From Bacteroidia bacterium (lineage in GTDB: Bacteria; Bacteroidota; Bacteroidia; CAIKAF01): a stretch of 64,000 nucleotides of DNA. The stretch lies in NCBI GenBank assembly GCA_016742095.1, contig JACVCJ010000003.1:11250-75249 (forward strand). Direction: 5' to 3'. Positions within the stretch are counted from its first letter, which is position 1. Every line of letters starts with the position of its first letter. Positions 39,149 through 48,309 of this stretch are shown piece after piece. The position numbers and the translations under genes were made by a program. The notes under the pieces were generated by a model that did no database searches, was not told the origin of the DNA, and was given only the letters and a program-made list of their open reading frames with translations.

Positions 39149-39838
39149 ATGCCGATGCACAGCGACGAATGGAAACTGGATAATCCCGTGTGGTATTCCC
39201 TCGAAAGAACACAGGCCGCTTTTGCCATCCCGGAAGAGGGCGCCGTGTTCTATCATCCCGACTTCTGTCCCTTCGGGGCCTTTATGGACGGGCAGGACAG
39301 CAGCGCCGCCATGGAACGCTACGCCCGGCTCTGCGATTCCTTTTTTATGGTGGGCGAAGAACCCCGTTACGATCGGGCAAAATTCACGCAGCGCGACCTG
39401 ATCTGCGACCAGATGCTGTATTCCGTGCCCGTACAGCAGGAAATAACAGCCGACATTACCGAACTGGGCGATGCACATGCGGAAGATCTCTTTAAGCTGG
39501 TAACGACCGGACTGCCGGGCTATTTCCGGGAAAAAACGCGGCTGCTGGGCCATTACTACGGCATATACGAAAACGGCGAACTGCTGTCCGTGTGCGGCGA
39601 ACGCATGATCATGCCCGGTTTTACCGAAGTGAGCGCCGTGGTAACGCATCCCGCGCACACCGGAAAAGGCTATTCAGGACAACTGATGGCCCACTGCACG
39701 CAACAGATACTGAAAGCCGGACAGGTACCCTACCTGCACGTAGCCGAGGTGAACGAACGCGCTATACGGGTATACGAACGCGCCGGCTTCCGCTTCCGCA
39801 GGAAAATGAATTTCCGGCACTTTACGCCGCGGGTATAA
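39149..39838 (+). CDS. GNAT family N-acetyltransferase
   Basis: C-terminal GNAT motifs (VVTHPAHTGKGYSGQLM, RVYERAGF). Preferred over the antisense ORF 39029-39658. Confidence 0.8.
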   Translation: MPMHSDEWKLDNPVWYSLERTQAAFAIPEEGAVFYHPDFCPFGAFMDGQDSSAAMERYARLCDSFFMVGEEPRYDRAKFTQRDLICDQMLYSVPVQQEITADITELGDAHAEDLFKLVTTGLPGYFREKTRLLGHYYGIYENGELLSVCGERMIMPGFTEVSAVVTHPAHTGKGYSGQLMAHCTQQILKAGQVPYLHVAEVNERAIRVYERAGFRFRRKMNFRHFTPRV

Positions 39839-39997
39839 TTTGCAGAGAACGTCGGTGTGAGCGATCTCATCCGGGAGAATAAAACCTTCGGGCATATCCT
39901 TTTTTGTCGCCAGGCGGGAGGGGGCTGGGGTAACTTTCGTCGGGCAGAGGTTCTTAAAATTTACAGATGGCGGGGACAAAAATTCTATCTTTGTTCT

Positions 39998-40882
39998 ATG
40001 TTCTACCGTCGCAAAATACTTTTATCCTTATTACAACTGTTTGACGGGCAACTGGATAAAATACGCCTTCAGAAATTGTTGTTCCTGATGAGTCAGCGCC
40101 AGGCTAAACCTGAATATGAATTTATTCCTTATCGCTTCGGTTGCTATTCTTATTCCGCCAATGCAGACCTGTATGCCATGACACAAAAAGGATTGCTGAC
40201 GGAGGATGAAAAGAACTTTACCAAAAAAGATCCCGGAGACTATATTTCCCTTTTAAAGCCGGAAGACAGGTTACTGCTGACGCAGATCAAAACGAACTAC
40301 GGTGCCATGGACGCCCGCGACCTGATGAAACATACCTATGTGAACTTCCCTTTTTATGCCATAAAGAGCGAAGTAGCCCATCATATCCTGAATGCACAGG
40401 AATTACAGAGAGTAGAAAATTCCAGGCCAAAAAACACGCAAACCATCCTGTTTACCATAGGTTACGAAGGCATTTCCCTGGAACAATACCTGCTCAGACT
40501 GCTGAAAAACGATGTAAAAGTGCTGGTAGACGTACGTAATAATCCTCTCAGCATGAAATACGGTTTTAGTAAAAGCCTGCTTAAGAAATTCTGCAACAGC
40601 ATAGGTATTGAATATGTGCACTTTCCGGAGGTCGGCATACAGTCGGACAAGCGTCAGGCGCTGACCGTACAGGCCGATTACGACCGGCTGTTTGCACAAT
40701 ACCGGCAGGATAATCTGCCGCACACAAAGGATACTCAATCCCGTATACTTGAACTGCTTATTGATAAAAAACGAATTGCGCTTACCTGTTTTGAAGCGAA
40801 TATCTGTCAATGCCACCGGAAACATCTGGCAGAAGCCATCGAAAAATTACCTGGTTTTCATTATGAACTAAAACACATTTGA
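39998..40882 (+). CDS. two-domain protein: N-terminal uncharacterized helical domain (Panacea/DUF4065-like?) fused to C-terminal DUF488
   Basis: The C-terminal ~130 aa match DUF488 (ILFTIGYEGISLEQYLLRLLKNDVKVLVDVR...IEYVHFPEVG...ALTCFE...CHRKHLAE). The N-terminal ~170 aa (RLQKLLFLMSQ...YEFIPYRFGCYSYSANADLYAMTQKGLL) are unassigned. Confidence 0.7.
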   Translation: MFYRRKILLSLLQLFDGQLDKIRLQKLLFLMSQRQAKPEYEFIPYRFGCYSYSANADLYAMTQKGLLTEDEKNFTKKDPGDYISLLKPEDRLLLTQIKTNYGAMDARDLMKHTYVNFPFYAIKSEVAHHILNAQELQRVENSRPKNTQTILFTIGYEGISLEQYLLRLLKNDVKVLVDVRNNPLSMKYGFSKSLLKKFCNSIGIEYVHFPEVGIQSDKRQALTVQADYDRLFAQYRQDNLPHTKDTQSRILELLIDKKRIALTCFEANICQCHRKHLAEAIEKLPGFHYELKHI

Positions 40883-40891
40883 CGCCGGGCA

Positions 40892-41404
40892 TCAGTTCGG
40901 TGGCGTTTCCAGGACCTGCTTCAGTTTTTCGTTCATTTCACCGAAGTTGAAGAAGGTCTCTTCACAGATCTTTTTGCCCATGGACTTTCCGAACCAGCCC
41001 TTCCAGTATTCGCCCTGCAGCAGGCGGGTATGTTCTGCATCTACCGGTTGCAGGATAAAATAATGCCGGGCCTTGATGAACGGCATAAAACTGCCGCCCC
41101 AGGCCAGTTCGCGGTCGGCGTCCATCGTTAGCAGTTTTGCCTTGAAGTAGTTCTTTTTACGGCTGCCGGGCTTGCGCAGGTAAAATTTGAGCATGCGGCC
41201 TTTTTTTACAGTACCCTCCACACCGCTGAGATAAGTATGCCAGGACGCGTAATCGCTGAAATTACCCAGCTTTTCCCAGACCTGCTGCGGGGTAGCTTTT
41301 ATGACAATTTCGGTCTGCACGCCGCGCGGACCTGAAAAAGACTGTGCCGGAAGGGCTGCAATGCCCGCAAGCAGGAAAAGGCAGGACAGGAAAAATGCTT
41401 TCAT
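40892..41404 (-). CDS. SRPBCC family protein with signal peptide
   Basis: MKAFFLSCLFLLAGIAALPAQ signal peptide followed by an SRPBCC-like fold. Confidence 0.7.
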   Translation of the reverse strand: MKAFFLSCLFLLAGIAALPAQSFSGPRGVQTEIVIKATPQQVWEKLGNFSDYASWHTYLSGVEGTVKKGRMLKFYLRKPGSRKKNYFKAKLLTMDADRELAWGGSFMPFIKARHYFILQPVDAEHTRLLQGEYWKGWFGKSMGKKICEETFFNFGEMNEKLKQVLETPPN

Positions 41405-41650
41405 GGTGTGTAATACAAGGCTAAAGGTACAAACTTTACAAAGCGGGAAAAGCCATGCAAAGGTTTTCCGGGCTGATCGGCGTACTCCGGCCGCTTACGC
41501 GCGGGACTGCAGCGGTATCCTTCCCCGCGCCCGCGCCCATGGCGCAGGGGAAGATAAAGCGTAAGGCCCGGACGGGGTTGGAAGAGGAACGGCCCCCCGC
41601 CCGCGCCAAAGAAAAAATGCATAGATTTGCTGCACTATTCCAATGAGATT

Positions 41651-42847
41651 ATGGCTTATAATGCAATAAAACAACACCTGGAAGCCGAACTGAAAGGCAT
41701 TGAGGATGCCGGGCTTTACAAACGCGAACGCATCATTACCTCGCCGCAGGGTGCCGAAATTACGGTGAACGGCGCTACCGTGCTCAATTTCTGTGCCAAC
41801 AACTACCTGGGCCTTTCCTCGCATCCGCGGGTGATCGAAGCGGCTAAGAAAGCGCTGGACACACACGGTTTCGGGATGAGCAGCGTACGTTTTATCTGTG
41901 GTACGCAGGACATTCACAAAACGCTGGAGCAGAAGATCGCTGAATTTTACGGCACCGAGGATACCATCCTGTATGCCGCGGCTTTTGACGCCAACGGCGG
42001 GGTGTTTGAGCCCCTGCTGAACGAGGCCGACTGCATTATCTCCGACGAACTGAACCATGCCTCCATCATAGACGGGGTGCGCCTCTGCAAAGCGGCCCGC
42101 TACCGTTATAAGAACAACGATATGGCCGAACTGGAAGCCCGCCTGCAGGAAGCACAGGCTGCCGGGCACCGCTTTAAGCTGATCGTTACGGACGGCGTAT
42201 TTTCCATGGACGGGTTTGTGGCCCAGCTGGACAAGATCTGCGACCTGGCCGATACATACGATGCCCTCGTAATGACCGACGAATGCCACAGCGCGGGCTT
42301 TATCGGCAAGACCGGCCGCGGTGTGCCCGAGCTCTGCAACGTAATGGGCCGTGTGGACATCATCACCGGCACGCTGGGCAAAGCCCTGGGCGGCGCTATG
42401 GGCGGCTATACCACCGGACGCAGGGAGATCATTGAACTGCTGCGTCAGCGTTCGCGCCCCTACCTGTTCAGCAATTCCCTGGCCCCGGCCATTGTGGGCG
42501 CCTCCATCGAGGTGTTCGACCTGCTTTCCTCTACCACGGAGCTGCGCGATAAACTGGAATGGAACGTACAGTACTTCAAAAAAGGCATCCGCGAGGCAGG
42601 TTTCGATATCAAGGACGGCGATTCGGCCATTGTACCCGTAATGCTGTACGATGCCCGTCTTTCGCAGGTGATGGCCGATAAACTGCTGCAGGAAGGCATA
42701 TACGTGATCGGCTTCTTCTACCCCGTGGTAGCCAGGGGACAGGCCCGCATCCGCGTGCAGCTCTCGGCCGCGCATACACAGGAACACCTGGACAAAGCCC
42801 TGGCCGCCTTTACCAAAGTAGGTAAAGAACTGGGCATAGTTAAATAA
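41651..42847 (+). CDS. kbl: glycine C-acetyltransferase (2-amino-3-ketobutyrate CoA ligase)
   Basis: PLP-dependent acyltransferase. TDGVFSMDG...[13 protein letters not shown] lysine region. Start at ATG 41651. Confidence 0.9.
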   Translation: MAYNAIKQHLEAELKGIEDAGLYKRERIITSPQGAEITVNGATVLNFCANNYLGLSSHPRVIEAAKKALDTHGFGMSSVRFICGTQDIHKTLEQKIAEFYGTEDTILYAAAFDANGGVFEPLLNEADCIISDELNHASIIDGVRLCKAARYRYKNNDMAELEARLQEAQAAGHRFKLIVTDGVFSMDGFVAQLDKICDLADTYDALVMTDECHSAGFIGKTGRGVPELCNVMGRVDIITGTLGKALGGAMGGYTTGRREIIELLRQRSRPYLFSNSLAPAIVGASIEVFDLLSSTTELRDKLEWNVQYFKKGIREAGFDIKDGDSAIVPVMLYDARLSQVMADKLLQEGIYVIGFFYPVVARGQARIRVQLSAAHTQEHLDKALAAFTKVGKELGIVK

Positions 42848-42864
42848 TATACGATGTATATACC

Positions 42865-42899
42865 AAAAGGACCTCGCCGGTAGCAAGGTCCTTTTTTTA
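42865..42899 (+). terminator. rho-independent terminator after kbl
   Basis: AAGGACCT-(11-nt loop)-AGGTCCTT followed by TTTTTTT. Confidence 0.7.
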
Positions 42900-43159
42900 A
42901 AACAATCAAACACAAAGTATTTTTCAAAGCCGCTGACACAGGGAAAGCGGGCTTTTATGATCCGTTTCTGAGCTCTTGTATATTAAGAACGTAACATGCA
43001 GAAACTTTGTTACGGAATTATCTATTCTTAACTATTCCGCGTTTTAGGAAAGCGATTCCGTCTTCTTCTTCCACAGGGTGCCCGGCATTCCTGAAGAACA
43101 CAAATATTTCTTTAGCGCTTAGCTGCGTACAGGGCCGTCTGAATCCTTATATTTGTGTG

Positions 43160-43957
43160 ATGCCATTCAATCCCGACATACGCAGCGTACAGGTTACGCG
43201 TTACATAACACCCCTGCGGGAAGGCGGTTCCCTGCCTGCCGTAGCCGAAGCCGACGACGGTTTTAAATACGTGCTTAAATTCCGGGGAGCCGGTCATGGT
43301 GTAAAAGCCCTCATTGCCGAGTTCATCGGCGGCGAAGTAGCCCGTGCGCTGGACCTGAAAGTGCCGGAACTGGTGTTTGCACAGCTCGACGAAGCCTTCG
43401 GCCGTACCGAGGGCGACGAAGAGATACAGGACCTGCTGCGCGGCAGCGAAGGCCTGAACCTGGGCCTGCATTTTTTATCGGGCGCCGTAAATTTTGACCC
43501 GGTGGTGACCGAGGCCGATGCCCTCCTGGCTTCCCGTATCGTATGGCTGGACGCGTTCCTGACCAATATAGACCGCACCTTCCGCAATACCAATATGCTC
43601 ATCTGGCAGAAGCAACTCTGGCTCATCGACCACGGAGCTTCCCTGTATTTTCATCATTCCTGGGGCGACTGGCAAAAGGCCGCTATGAGTCCTTTTACGT
43701 ACGTGAAAGACCATGTGCTGCTGCCCCGCACGGATGCTGCCAGCCTGGCCGAGGCCGGCGCGATCGGACACAAGCTGCTCAGTCCGGAGATCCTGGACCG
43801 TATCGTACAATTACTGCCGGATGACTGGCTGCACTGGGAAGACACCGCGCAAAGCCCTGCGGAGATCCGTGAAGTATATACGCAATTCCTGCAGACGCGG
43901 CTGGCGAATTCCTCCCTATTTTTAAAAGAAGCACAGGATGCAGCAGCACGTATATGA
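43160..43957 (+). CDS. HipA-like / PI3-4-kinase-like fold protein (partner of DUF3037)
   Basis: MPFNPDIRSVQVTRYITPLREGGSLP... Catalytic-loop-like NIDRTFRNTN and DFG-like LIDHGAS. Overlaps the DUF3037 gene by 20 nt. Confidence 0.7.
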   Translation: MPFNPDIRSVQVTRYITPLREGGSLPAVAEADDGFKYVLKFRGAGHGVKALIAEFIGGEVARALDLKVPELVFAQLDEAFGRTEGDEEIQDLLRGSEGLNLGLHFLSGAVNFDPVVTEADALLASRIVWLDAFLTNIDRTFRNTNMLIWQKQLWLIDHGASLYFHHSWGDWQKAAMSPFTYVKDHVLLPRTDAASLAEAGAIGHKLLSPEILDRIVQLLPDDWLHWEDTAQSPAEIREVYTQFLQTRLANSSLFLKEAQDAAARI

Positions 43958-44339
43958 ATATGCCGTGATCCGCGTGGTACCGAGGGTAGAACGCGAAGAG
44001 TTCCTGAACGTGGGAGTGATCGTGTTCTGTAAAAGCCTGCGTTTTGTACGTATGCGCTACCGTCTGGACAGCGAACGGATACGTGTGTTTGCCCCGGGCA
44101 CCGACCTGGAGCAGATCGGACAGAACCTGTCCTCTTTCGAAAAAATTGCACACGGCAGTAAAGACGGCGGCCCCATTGCCTGCGAGGACACGGCCTCCCG
44201 TTTCCGCTGGCTGACGGCCGTACGCAGCTCCGTGATACAGACCTCCAGGCCCCACCCCGGCCTGTGCAGCGACCCGGAAAAGGTACTGGAACAACTTTTT
44301 AACGATCTTGTAGAACCTTATGATATTCCTTTCAGCTAA
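43938..44339 (+). CDS. DUF3037 domain protein
   Basis: YEYAVIRVVPRVEREEFLNVGVIVFC is characteristic of DUF3037. Confidence 0.8.
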   Translation: MQQHVYEYAVIRVVPRVEREEFLNVGVIVFCKSLRFVRMRYRLDSERIRVFAPGTDLEQIGQNLSSFEKIAHGSKDGGPIACEDTASRFRWLTAVRSSVIQTSRPHPGLCSDPEKVLEQLFNDLVEPYDIPFS

Positions 44340-44340
44340 A

Positions 44341-44433
44341 ATGATACTGATCATCGGTGGCATCATACTCTGTGCCGCGGGCGGAGCGCTCGTGTTCCTG
44401 CTGATACAGAGAACGCGCGACAACGACTGACCC
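44341..44433 (+). CDS. putative 30-aa single-TM peptide (not in ORF track)
   Basis: ATG 2 nt after the DUF3037 stop. Encodes MILIIGGIILCAAGGALVFLLIQRTRDND, a hydrophobic helix with a charged tail. Confidence 0.3.
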
Positions 44434-44695
44434 TTCTGCCGCCTGAGGTGTATACCGGAACATAATATCTCTTACTGCATGTATCTTTTTGTATACACTG
44501 CGAGCAGGTCTGCTATCTGCCCGGGTAACGCCTTTCCAGGAACCCGAAGGTACGCTCCAACGGGGCACACATACCGTGCCGGCACCCTCTTGCCATTTTA
44601 ACCCGTTAACCTAAGCGGCCGGAGTCAGAAACTTCCTGAAACTGCAATATTTTTCTTATTTTTTCGTTATACGCAGGCACAAAAAACGATTGAAA

Positions 44696-45214
44696 ATGAT
44701 GAACATACCCCGTAAAAATTTCAATGTTTCGTGGCTAAACAGCACTACTAAAAAGTCTCTCTGCGGGATCTTCCTGCTTCTTACGATCATGCTTACCGCA
44801 TCATCGTGTAAAAAAGAGCCCGCTCCTTCCCAGTGGTATTCTGAGACCAGTGAAAACGGCGATCCCATCCTGGGGGTCTACGAAAGCAGGATCCCCTGCA
44901 ACGATTGCGAACGACTAAAGTTCGCCATAGTAATATACGGGAACAGTCAGACAAACGTACCGGTTACCTATGCCATGTCGCGTATATATGTAGGCAAGAG
45001 TGAAGACAGAGTATCAAATACGGGCAATGTCGAAATTGTGCAGGGTACCGCGATAGATACGGCGCACATTGTCTACAGGCTTACAACAGGTGCACCGGAA
45101 GAATACAGGTCTTTCTGGAAGATCGATGAGAATCTGCTCTTTATTCTGGATGATGATCTATCGCCCAGGGTAGGAGATGCAGGATACGGGTACGTTTTAA
45201 ACCGGATCCACTGA
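44696..45214 (+). CDS. lipoprotein with NlpE N-terminal-like domain
   Basis: Lipobox LTASSC, CxxC motif IPCNDCERLKF. Start at ATG 44696 (the track start at 44690 is TTG). Confidence 0.6.
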   Translation: MMNIPRKNFNVSWLNSTTKKSLCGIFLLLTIMLTASSCKKEPAPSQWYSETSENGDPILGVYESRIPCNDCERLKFAIVIYGNSQTNVPVTYAMSRIYVGKSEDRVSNTGNVEIVQGTAIDTAHIVYRLTTGAPEEYRSFWKIDENLLFILDDDLSPRVGDAGYGYVLNRIH

Positions 45215-45367
45215 AAAAGACGCTATCCTGATGCTTCTTTCCTATGGCGCCCTGTAAAGAAAAATGCTTCTTTACCTATTTCAGAATTTTTACAACTCAC
45301 AAATTCTGTGTATCTTCCACTCCCGAATGCAGCCATCGGCATTCTTCCGTTTTAACCCATTAACGCA

Positions 45368-46723
45368 ATGCAGAAACAAGTAAGTAAACCTGCAGCCAAT
45401 ACCGTTCTGCGTAAACAGGACGAAAAAAAGACTCCCCCTGTACAGGCCAAAGCCGCGGAAAACCGTACCGGTCTCCCCGACGGACTGAAAGCCGGCATCG
45501 AGAACCTTTCCGGCCTTTCCATGGACGATGTAAAGGTGCACCGGAATTCTTCCAAACCCGCGCAGTTGCAGGCCCACGCCTATGCACAGGGCAGCGATAT
45601 ACACCTGGCGCCCGGGCAGGAAAAACACCTGCCGCACGAGGCCTGGCATGTGGTACAGCAGAAACAGGGCCGGGTACAGGCAACGGCTCAACTCAAAAGC
45701 AATGTGCCCCTAAATACAGACCTTTCCCTGGAAAAAGAGGCCGACCGGATGGGCAGTAAAGCAGCCTCCGGAAGCGGGGTACTGAGCCATGCTCCCCTGC
45801 AGCATGCCGAAAGCGGCCATACCGTGCAGCGCGTGCCGGAATGGCTGCAGAGCCTTATAAACCTGGCTAAGGAACATCCCGTGGGTACCACAGCTACGGT
45901 CGTGATCGGCGCGGGGACCCTGCTGGGCTACTATTACTACAAGCAAAGTCAGAAAAAACAGCCGCAGCAGAATAACCACGTAGAGGCCCCTCAGGACGAA
46001 GAGGGAGAACCGGACTGGGAAACGGTCGAAGGCGTGGCTGCTGCTATCGGCAAAGACCCCCATGATCTGCTGGAACAGCTCGAAAACGGCACAAACAATA
46101 ATGTAAGTGTAAATGACGCCTACAGCAAGGGGTTCAATCCCGCGCAGCATGACGGCAAGGGACTCATTCCGCCTTCCATACTGGCCAATCTCTCCGGTAA
46201 CCCGAATACCGCGGTGGGCCAAATCTTTACACGGATAAATAATTTCACGTTCGTGTATAACGGCTACCAGTCCTCCGGGTACCGGGGTTTCCTGGAACAC
46301 ACCGGCGACTGTGCCACCCTGCGCGACATGTTCTGTTTAGCGGCCAAAGCGGCCGGAATTGCCGTACAACCGGGCGATGACGATACGGCCATGCTGGTGG
46401 ATGCGAGACCTATGCACGGCCGGCCTACCCAGGGAAATACCGCCGGAAGTCTTTTCTGGTTCTTCCATGACCACCACTGGGCAACGCACAACGGTACGCA
46501 CTTCGACCTGCTGTTCATGACCAATGCCCAGGTGCCGCCGCATCACCGTACCGCCGCCGATGTAGTGCATAACGGCATCAGGTACGACATCTTTAATAAC
46601 AACCGGGCCATGATACATGCCGCCGAATGCGCCGCGCTGAATATTGTACTGCAGCCGGGACAGGTGGGCTACGTGCTGCCGCTGAACCAGGTGCAGACCT
46701 TTATCGACGACCATAAAAAGTAA
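45368..46723 (+). CDS. DUF4157 (HExxH zincin-like) domain protein with TM segment and C-terminal transglutaminase-like Cys-His-Asp domain
   Basis: N-terminus GLPDGLKAGIENLSGLSMDDVKVHRNS...HLPHEAWHVVQQKQG matches DUF4157. TM-like segment VGTTATVVIGAGTLLGYYYY. C-terminal GDCATLRDMFCLAAKAAGIAV...HHWATHNGTHFDLLF resembles a transglutaminase/papain-like core. Confidence 0.85.
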   Translation: MQKQVSKPAANTVLRKQDEKKTPPVQAKAAENRTGLPDGLKAGIENLSGLSMDDVKVHRNSSKPAQLQAHAYAQGSDIHLAPGQEKHLPHEAWHVVQQKQGRVQATAQLKSNVPLNTDLSLEKEADRMGSKAASGSGVLSHAPLQHAESGHTVQRVPEWLQSLINLAKEHPVGTTATVVIGAGTLLGYYYYKQSQKKQPQQNNHVEAPQDEEGEPDWETVEGVAAAIGKDPHDLLEQLENGTNNNVSVNDAYSKGFNPAQHDGKGLIPPSILANLSGNPNTAVGQIFTRINNFTFVYNGYQSSGYRGFLEHTGDCATLRDMFCLAAKAAGIAVQPGDDDTAMLVDARPMHGRPTQGNTAGSLFWFFHDHHWATHNGTHFDLLFMTNAQVPPHHRTAADVVHNGIRYDIFNNNRAMIHAAECAALNIVLQPGQVGYVLPLNQVQTFIDDHKK

Positions 46724-46892
46724 TTTTAGTATATTTATTGAGCGATCCCTTCGGCACACGCCAGACTTCCCTGATCCTCATTTTATGAATATACGAAAAT
46801 TGCCCTCTCCGGGGCTTCCCTGTTCCTATAATACACAGCTGTAAAAAATAAAATCGTACATTTGCCACACCCGGATACATAACCCCTGATCC

Positions 46893-48230
46893 ATGTATAC
46901 ATCATCGCCCCGAAAAACGGCAAGAGTCCAACCCGCCAGTACCCGACAGACCGTCACACAGAAGAAAACGGCTGCCAAACCACAGAACGGACTTCCCGAG
47001 AACCTGAAGAACGGGATCGAGAAGCTTTCCGGCCTTTCGATGGACGACGTAAAGGTCCACCGGAATTCTTCGAAACCTTCGCAATTACAGGCCCACGCCT
47101 ATGCACAGGGCAGTGATATACACCTGGCGCCCGGTCAGGATAAGCACCTGCCGCACGAGGCCTGGCACGTGGTACAGCAAAAGCAGGGCCGGGTAAAAGC
47201 CAACCGGCAGCTCAAAAGCAATGTGCCCGTAAACACAGATATCACACTGGAAAAAGAAGCCGACCTGATGGGAGCCAAAGCAGCGGCCGGTGGGGGTACA
47301 CAACACAGCGAAGGCCTGCAGCATGCCAAAGCCGGGAACACCGTACAGCGTATGCCCGAATGGCTGCAGGCACTTATGGCCCTGGCCTGGAACAATCCCG
47401 GGGTAAGTCTGTCCATTGCCATCGGAGCCAGTGGTCTGCTCGCCTATTATTACCGGCAGAGATCCAGGAAAAAACAGCAGAACAACCAGAACAGACAGCA
47501 GGAAAAACCTGACTGGGAAACGGTGGACGGCGTAGCTAAAATAATGGGTATAGACCCGCAATTCCTGCTTGAACAACTCGAAAACGGCGGAGAGGAACAC
47601 ACCTATATGTCTGACATTTATAAAAAAGGGTTCTCGACCAAGAATAACAAGGGTAAAGGGCTCATGCCCCCCTCCCTGTTCGAAGGATTGCCCGAGGACA
47701 ATCCGCAGGCCGCGGTCGATCTGCTGTTCGACCGCTTCAATGAACTTCCCTTTAAATACATCGGCGAGGGAGGAGGTCCCTTCCGGGGATTCCTGGAACA
47801 CCAGGGCGACTGCGCCATCTTACGCGATATGTTCGTAGCTGCCGCCCATGCCTTCGGAACGGAGGGCATACAGATCGGGAAAGGAGACGACGAAGTGGCC
47901 ATGCTGGTAGAACCCAGGCCGATACACGGGCGCGAACAACATGGCAATACCGGCGGCGAACTGTTCTGGTTCTTCTTCAATCACCACTGGGCTACGTTCA
48001 ACGGCACCGATTACGACCTGTTATTTATGAGCCGCGGATTGGCCACTCCATTCCACCGCCTTGACGAAGGAGTAGAGTACCGGGGCGTACCATACGATAC
48101 GTTCAGCAACGGAAAAGCGCTTCTGCACGATAAAACCTGCAGGCGTCTCAAGATATTGGTCCCGGAAGGCGCCATGGGTTACGTACTTCCGACAGACCAG
48201 GTGCATGCCTTCATTGATGATCATTTGTAA
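46893..48230 (+). CDS. DUF4157 domain protein with TM segment and C-terminal transglutaminase-like domain (paralog)
   Basis: Same architecture: HLPHEAWHVVQQKQG, then VSLSIAIGASGLLAYYY, then GDCAILRDMF...HHWATFNGTDYDLLFM. N-terminus about 90% identical to the paralog; C-terminus about 45%. Confidence 0.85.
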   Translation: MYTSSPRKTARVQPASTRQTVTQKKTAAKPQNGLPENLKNGIEKLSGLSMDDVKVHRNSSKPSQLQAHAYAQGSDIHLAPGQDKHLPHEAWHVVQQKQGRVKANRQLKSNVPVNTDITLEKEADLMGAKAAAGGGTQHSEGLQHAKAGNTVQRMPEWLQALMALAWNNPGVSLSIAIGASGLLAYYYRQRSRKKQQNNQNRQQEKPDWETVDGVAKIMGIDPQFLLEQLENGGEEHTYMSDIYKKGFSTKNNKGKGLMPPSLFEGLPEDNPQAAVDLLFDRFNELPFKYIGEGGGPFRGFLEHQGDCAILRDMFVAAAHAFGTEGIQIGKGDDEVAMLVEPRPIHGREQHGNTGGELFWFFFNHHWATFNGTDYDLLFMSRGLATPFHRLDEGVEYRGVPYDTFSNGKALLHDKTCRRLKILVPEGAMGYVLPTDQVHAFIDDHL

Positions 48231-48309
48231 ATTTACAATATTGTATAAAAAATCCCGCCTTTAAATAAAGCAGGATCTTGAATTTTTACACAAGTGTCTT
48301 ATCAGGTGT

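Noticed and set aside
39029-39658. 209-aa minus-strand ORF overlapping the GNAT gene
   Set aside because: The plus-strand ORF has GNAT motifs. The minus ORF is His/Gly-rich antisense noise.
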